Shown one piece after another: positions 60,003-64,000 of a DNA stretch of 64,000 nt (positions are counted from its first letter, which is position 1; each line of letters begins with the position of its first letter). The position numbers were made by a program, and so were the translations under genes. The notes beneath the pieces were generated by a model. It was given only the letters and a program-made list of their open reading frames with translations. It searched no databases and was not told the DNA's origin. Source of the DNA: Spartobacteria bacterium (GTDB lineage Bacteria > Verrucomicrobiota > Verrucomicrobiia > Chthoniobacterales > UBA6821); the NCBI GenBank assembly GCA_947482345.1, contig CANKJN010000003.1:1922-65921 (forward strand), in the 5' to 3' direction.

Positions 60003-61283
60003 ATGGCCCGATCCAGCAACCTGACGATGTGCTCCTTCTGCGGGAAGAGTCATGCGGAAGTCCGCAAGCTCATCGCAGGGCCCGGAGTCTACATTTGTGA
60101 CAGCTGCATCACGGTCTGCAAGGGGATCATGGACAAGGAGGGGGGCGAGGGGCTTTCCGGAGGAGGGGAGCCGGTACTGCGGGTTCCCAAGCCCTCGGAG
60201 ATCCGCGCCGAACTCGACCGGCACGTGATCGGTCAGGATCTTGCCAAGAGGACCCTCTCGGTCGCCGTCCATAACCACTACAAGCGCATTGCCATCGAGC
60301 GCCAGGGATTCCCTCCCGGCGTCCTCTCCGAGGGGCTTTCCGAAGTCGAGGTGGAGAAGAGCAATATCCTGCTGATGGGGCCGACCGGCTCGGGGAAGAC
60401 CCTGCTGGCACGCACGCTCGCGCGGATCCTGGATGTTCCCTTCTGCATCGCCGACGCGACCACCCTGACCGAGGCGGGTTATGTCGGTGAGGATGTCGAG
60501 AACATCGTGCTACGCCTGCTTCAGAACGCCGACTACGACGTGAAGCGCGCCGAGGTGGGCATCGTCTACATCGACGAGATCGACAAGATCGGCCGCAAGA
60601 CCGACAACGTTTCCATCACCCGCGATGTCTCCGGTGAAGGAGTCCAGCAGGCGCTGCTCAAGGTTCTCGAGGGAACCACCTGCAACGTTCCGCCCCAGGG
60701 AGGCCGCAAGCATCCCCATCAGGAGTACATCCAGCTCAATACCCAGAACATCCTCTTCATCTGTGGCGGGGCCTTTGTCGGCCTCGAGAAGATCATTCAG
60801 CGTCGCATCGGCGGAAAGACCCTCGGTTTCCATTCCAAATCGGAAGGGGAGATCGATCCCGCCGACGCACTCAGGATCCTTTCCTCGGTGGAGCCGGAGG
60901 ATCTCCTCTCATTTGGGATGATTCCCGAGTTCATCGGACGTCTTCCCGTGCTTGCCTCGCTCGAGCAACTCGACGAGGAGCAGCTCGTCCGCATCCTGAC
61001 CGAGCCGCGCAACGCCCTGGTGAAGCAGTTCACCAAGCTGATGGCCATGGATGACATCTCCCTCACCGTGACTAAGGACGGTCTCTCGGCGCTCGCCGAG
61101 TCGGCCGTGAAGAAGGGAACCGGCGCCCGTGCGCTCCGCTCCCTGCTTGAGAAAATCATGCTTGATGTGATGTACGAGGCTCCGGATCGGGATGATCTCA
61201 CCGGAGTCACGATCAACCGCTCCGTTGTCGAGGGTAAGCGTGCCGCCATGGTGCGCCGTCGTCAGGAGAAGGACGCCGCCTGA
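60003..61283 (+). CDS. clpX: ATP-dependent Clp protease ATP-binding subunit ClpX
   Basis: N-terminal zinc finger CSFCGK...CDSC, Walker A GPTGSGKT and the IGF-like loop region. Confidence 0.95.
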   Translation: MARSSNLTMCSFCGKSHAEVRKLIAGPGVYICDSCITVCKGIMDKEGGEGLSGGGEPVLRVPKPSEIRAELDRHVIGQDLAKRTLSVAVHNHYKRIAIERQGFPPGVLSEGLSEVEVEKSNILLMGPTGSGKTLLARTLARILDVPFCIADATTLTEAGYVGEDVENIVLRLLQNADYDVKRAEVGIVYIDEIDKIGRKTDNVSITRDVSGEGVQQALLKVLEGTTCNVPPQGGRKHPHQEYIQLNTQNILFICGGAFVGLEKIIQRRIGGKTLGFHSKSEGEIDPADALRILSSVEPEDLLSFGMIPEFIGRLPVLASLEQLDEEQLVRILTEPRNALVKQFTKLMAMDDISLTVTKDGLSALAESAVKKGTGARALRSLLEKIMLDVMYEAPDRDDLTGVTINRSVVEGKRAAMVRRRQEKDAA

Positions 61284-61287
61284 GTCC

Positions 61288-61914
61288 GTGGAACGGATCG
61301 AGAATCCGGAACTGATTCCCGTTCCCGGGAGGATGGCCCCGAACGAGGTGCTGGCGGAAGCCCGTGCCGAACTGATCCGAAAATCCGCGGGATTTTCACG
61401 GATCGAATGTGATTTCGGCGCCTCGAAGGGGAAATTCCTCTCGGAGAGCGCGGTACTGAACCCTGCGGTCTTCTTTGCCGGGATCGAGGGGCTTTCCGAC
61501 AGGGTGAATCGCGCCAACAGGAAGATCGAGCGTCAGGGAATCGCCAATGCATCGCTCTGGCGGGGTTGGGGAAAGGAATCCCTCGATGCCCTGATTCCCG
61601 ACGGGTTCCTAGACACCCTGCATGTCTCGTTTCCCGACCCATGGCCGAAGAGGAGGCATTGGTTCCGGCGCCTTGTGAAGGAACCCTTCCTTGAGGTGGC
61701 GGCAAGGAAGCTCAAGCCCGGGGGCGTGCTGCGCCTGATGACCGACCACCTTGGCTACTTCGCCTCGATGAAGGAAGAGGTTGCCACACATGGTGGTTGG
61801 GTCGAGGTCGACTGGCGGGATGGGTTTCAGCGTCCTGTGACCGAGTTTGAGACCATCTTTCTCGCCAAGGGGGATCCAATCGGTCGTGTTGCGGTGAAAA
61901 GAGGCGAGGGTTGA
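61288..61914 (+). CDS. trmB: tRNA (guanine-N7)-methyltransferase
   Basis: Motif LHVSFPDPWPKRRHWFRRL. The start is uncertain (GTG 61288 or ATG 61333). Confidence 0.8.
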   Translation: MERIENPELIPVPGRMAPNEVLAEARAELIRKSAGFSRIECDFGASKGKFLSESAVLNPAVFFAGIEGLSDRVNRANRKIERQGIANASLWRGWGKESLDALIPDGFLDTLHVSFPDPWPKRRHWFRRLVKEPFLEVAARKLKPGGVLRLMTDHLGYFASMKEEVATHGGWVEVDWRDGFQRPVTEFETIFLAKGDPIGRVAVKRGEG

Positions 61915-62129
61915 AGGGGTGCAAAGTCAAAAGGCAGAATGAAAAATGAAAAAGGATCAGGGCAACCGAATGGGATCAAAGGGGGAGTGAAGAGCCAACG
62001 AAGTCAGGGGGGGCGGTTTGCTTTTTAAGCGTATGCTTTTGCACTTTGCAAAAATTCCTTCGTTGGCACTGCGTGGCGGAAATTCCTTCAGGAGTTGATC
62101 TGACAAGGAGTTGAAGTCAGGCTGATCCT

Positions 62130-62714
62130 GTGACGGAGTTCTCCCCAGATTCCGATAAGACTGATGAGTCGGATCATGATCTGATGGCGGCTGTTGCCGC
62201 CGGAGATCAGCACTCTTTCCGGCGTTTCGTGGAGCGTCATCAGAATCTGGTGATCGGTACGGTAGCCCGCATGATCGGTACCGCCGATGCCGAGGATATA
62301 GCCCAGCAGATCTTTCTCAACGTCTGGAAGTCCGCGCCGCGCTGGCGCCCCGAGGCGAAGGTCACCACATGGCTGATGACCATCACCAAACGACTGGTCT
62401 TCAACGAAGCCCGGCGCCGTTCCCGTACGAGAATCGTTCCCCGGGAACCCGAGGAGGCGTTTCCGGAATTCCCTGATACAAAACCTTCTCCAGACAGCGA
62501 GATCCTGGAGCGGGAAATGCATGCCGCAATCGAGGCGGCGATGGGGGCGCTTCCGGAGAGGGAACGAGTGGTCGTGGTGCTGAGACGTTATGAAACGATG
62601 CCGTATGAGGAAATCGCCGCTGTCCTTGGAGTAACCGTTCCCTCCGTGAAGAGCCTCCTTTTCCGTGCCCGCAATACCCTCAGGGAGAAGTTGAGTCCCT
62701 ATCTGGAGGACTGA
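62130..62714 (+). CDS. ECF-type RNA polymerase sigma-70 family factor
   Basis: Region 2 (AEDIAQQIFLNVW...WLMTITKRLVFNEARRR) and region 4 (YEEIAAVLGVTVPSVKSLLFRAR). GTG start. No adjacent anti-sigma gene is apparent. Confidence 0.85.
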   Translation: MTEFSPDSDKTDESDHDLMAAVAAGDQHSFRRFVERHQNLVIGTVARMIGTADAEDIAQQIFLNVWKSAPRWRPEAKVTTWLMTITKRLVFNEARRRSRTRIVPREPEEAFPEFPDTKPSPDSEILEREMHAAIEAAMGALPERERVVVVLRRYETMPYEEIAAVLGVTVPSVKSLLFRARNTLREKLSPYLED

Positions 62715-62799
62715 TTGAACCCGAACTCCGAAATTGAGCAGAGCGATTTGACATAATCTGCTGACCGCAAAGAAATATTGCCTCGCTCGCTCCCGCTGG

Positions 62800-63030
62800 G
62801 TTGAACGGCACTTTGCTTTGCCTCAGCATCTCCCGATGCATTGATGCCGCCTCCCTCCCGGGAAGCTGCGGCACCCTTCGGGCAGCGACAGAGTCGCAGT
62901 CTACCGCACACCCTCCCAGGTGTTTGGTTCGTCCCCTTCGGGACTGTCCCTGCAGTAGAGGGAAAGGCTACGCGGTGCCACCAGGCACTCGGCGGTCGCA
63001 ATGCCGTGCCGCCCTCACGTGCTACACCTC
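62800..63030 (+). repeat. Structured repeat family, copy B (longest)
   Basis: Core 62836-62968 aligns with the reverse complement of 29347-29470. Hairpins are GCCGC...GCGGC, CCC-TTCG-GG, GCGAC-AGA-GTCGC (62885-62897) and ACACC...GGTGT. Confidence 0.75.
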
Positions 63031-63355
63031 ATGAAGGCTCAACAGCCATTTCCCAAGAGCATGGGTTGTCGATCCACGCCTGTATCCATCGATACGCCCT
63101 CGGATCTCCGCAAATCCCATCAGTCAGAATCTTGCACCAATTGACTCGCTCATTCCCATGAGACTCGCCTCTCGCTTCACTCGGGCGGCCTTCGGCACTC
63201 TAACCTGCTCACCCCTTCGCAGGGTTCATCTCTTTCGTCTTCGGAATTCGGATTGAATCTCATCAACTACACAGGATCCATGCGAATTTTGTGACAATTC
63301 CCGCGGCCTGTGATTTGTCCTGTCGCTGTCGTTTATCCCGGAATATGCTGAATAC

Positions 63356-63877
63356 ATGAAATCCTATCTCTGGACCCGGAAGCTTCGCGAACTTTACGAC
63401 AAGGCCGTTGATCTCTACCGCGGCGGTAACCGCGATCTGGATAGCTATTTTTCTGCGGACGAGCACTCTTGGCTGACCTCCGTAGGCCTCCGTCCCATCA
63501 ATCTCTATGACTGGGCAGAGGACATGGTCTCGGCAGGGGAACCCGATTGGAACACCGTCCTCCTCATCGCCGCTGCTCGCCGTGATTACTTTCTCGTCCA
63601 TCAGAAGGGTGTCACCGCCAACACGGTGACCGAGGCTGCGGAACTCCCCGCCAAGACGGAAGAACTGGCAGGCATAATCTGGCTTCCGCGCATTATCGCG
63701 AAGTCCACCTGCTTCCTGAAGGGCGGCCTCTGTCATGAGATCATGTACGGGTGCGGGGGTGACAGGCGCTTCCTCAAGGAGCATGACATCCATCCCGCTG
63801 ACTTCCTACGGGCAGTCTGGGCCTCAGGAGGTGATCAGGCCAAGGTACTCGCCTTCGTGAAGGGATCGGCAAAGTAA
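63356..63877 (+). CDS. DUF5069-family protein
   Basis: 173 aa. The C-terminal half LPRIIAKSTCFLKGGLCHEIMYGCGGDRRFLKEHDIHPADF resembles the DUF5069 signature, judged from memory only. Confidence 0.55.
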   Translation: MKSYLWTRKLRELYDKAVDLYRGGNRDLDSYFSADEHSWLTSVGLRPINLYDWAEDMVSAGEPDWNTVLLIAAARRDYFLVHQKGVTANTVTEAAELPAKTEELAGIIWLPRIIAKSTCFLKGGLCHEIMYGCGGDRRFLKEHDIHPADFLRAVWASGGDQAKVLAFVKGSAK

Positions 63878-64000
63878 ACCAGTGCGTACCGGTCTTTTGG
63901 GTACAAGTTCACAAGGGCATTTCACAAGAGCCTCAGGCAGCTTCCTTAGCATTGAGTTCGGAAGAACAGTTTCCTCCCCCTCTTTGCGTCCGTTGCGCGA

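Overview
This is a high-GC bacterial chromosomal segment. Its gene content and its A/T-rich, Shine-Dalgarno-poor leaders suggest a PVC/Verrucomicrobia-like organism, but that is inference only.

Most of the window is housekeeping:
- comEC, an FeS-type photolyase/cryptochrome-like gene, a HAD hydrolase, an MGDG-synthase-like glycosyltransferase, corA, thiL, a CPBP protease and sppA
- an rsmA-Nudix fusion, dnaK and groES-groEL
- a fur-family regulator with sufCBD
- a MidA-like methyltransferase, a HesB/IscA protein, mutL, larC and speA-gcvT-gcvH-gcvP
- a kaiC/kaiB-like pair and a dpp/opp-like ABC operon
- tig-clpP-clpX, trmB, an ECF sigma factor and a DUF5069 protein

No rRNA, tRNA or CRISPR array was found.

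Accessory DNA is inserted between these genes:
1. A TetR-controlled DevBCA/MacAB-like efflux cassette sits next to a decayed IS1595-type transposase. It is bracketed by diverged copies of the comEC 3' end.
2. An AbiEi/AbiEii cassette is bracketed by direct repeats of the groEL 3' end plus its terminator.
3. An AT-rich module encodes a Mrr-like-nuclease/SF2-helicase with five HA repeats and a small orphan ORF, followed by a DUF3422 gene.
4. A RelE/ParE-like toxin-antitoxin (TA) pair and a four-helix-bundle gene are each nested between low-complexity inverted repeats.
5. An RRM-protein cargo is bracketed by duplicated MidA 3' ends.

Several repeat families are visible:
- MITE-like derivatives of the IS terminus
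- a structured repeat with compensatory base changes
- word-like inverted repeats that abut start codons
- two tetraloop hairpin arrays

The best candidates for something undescribed are the nuclease-helicase-HA module with its partner ORF, the cargo-in-hairpin-loop architecture, the structured repeat family, and the KaiC plus KaiB-fusion pair.
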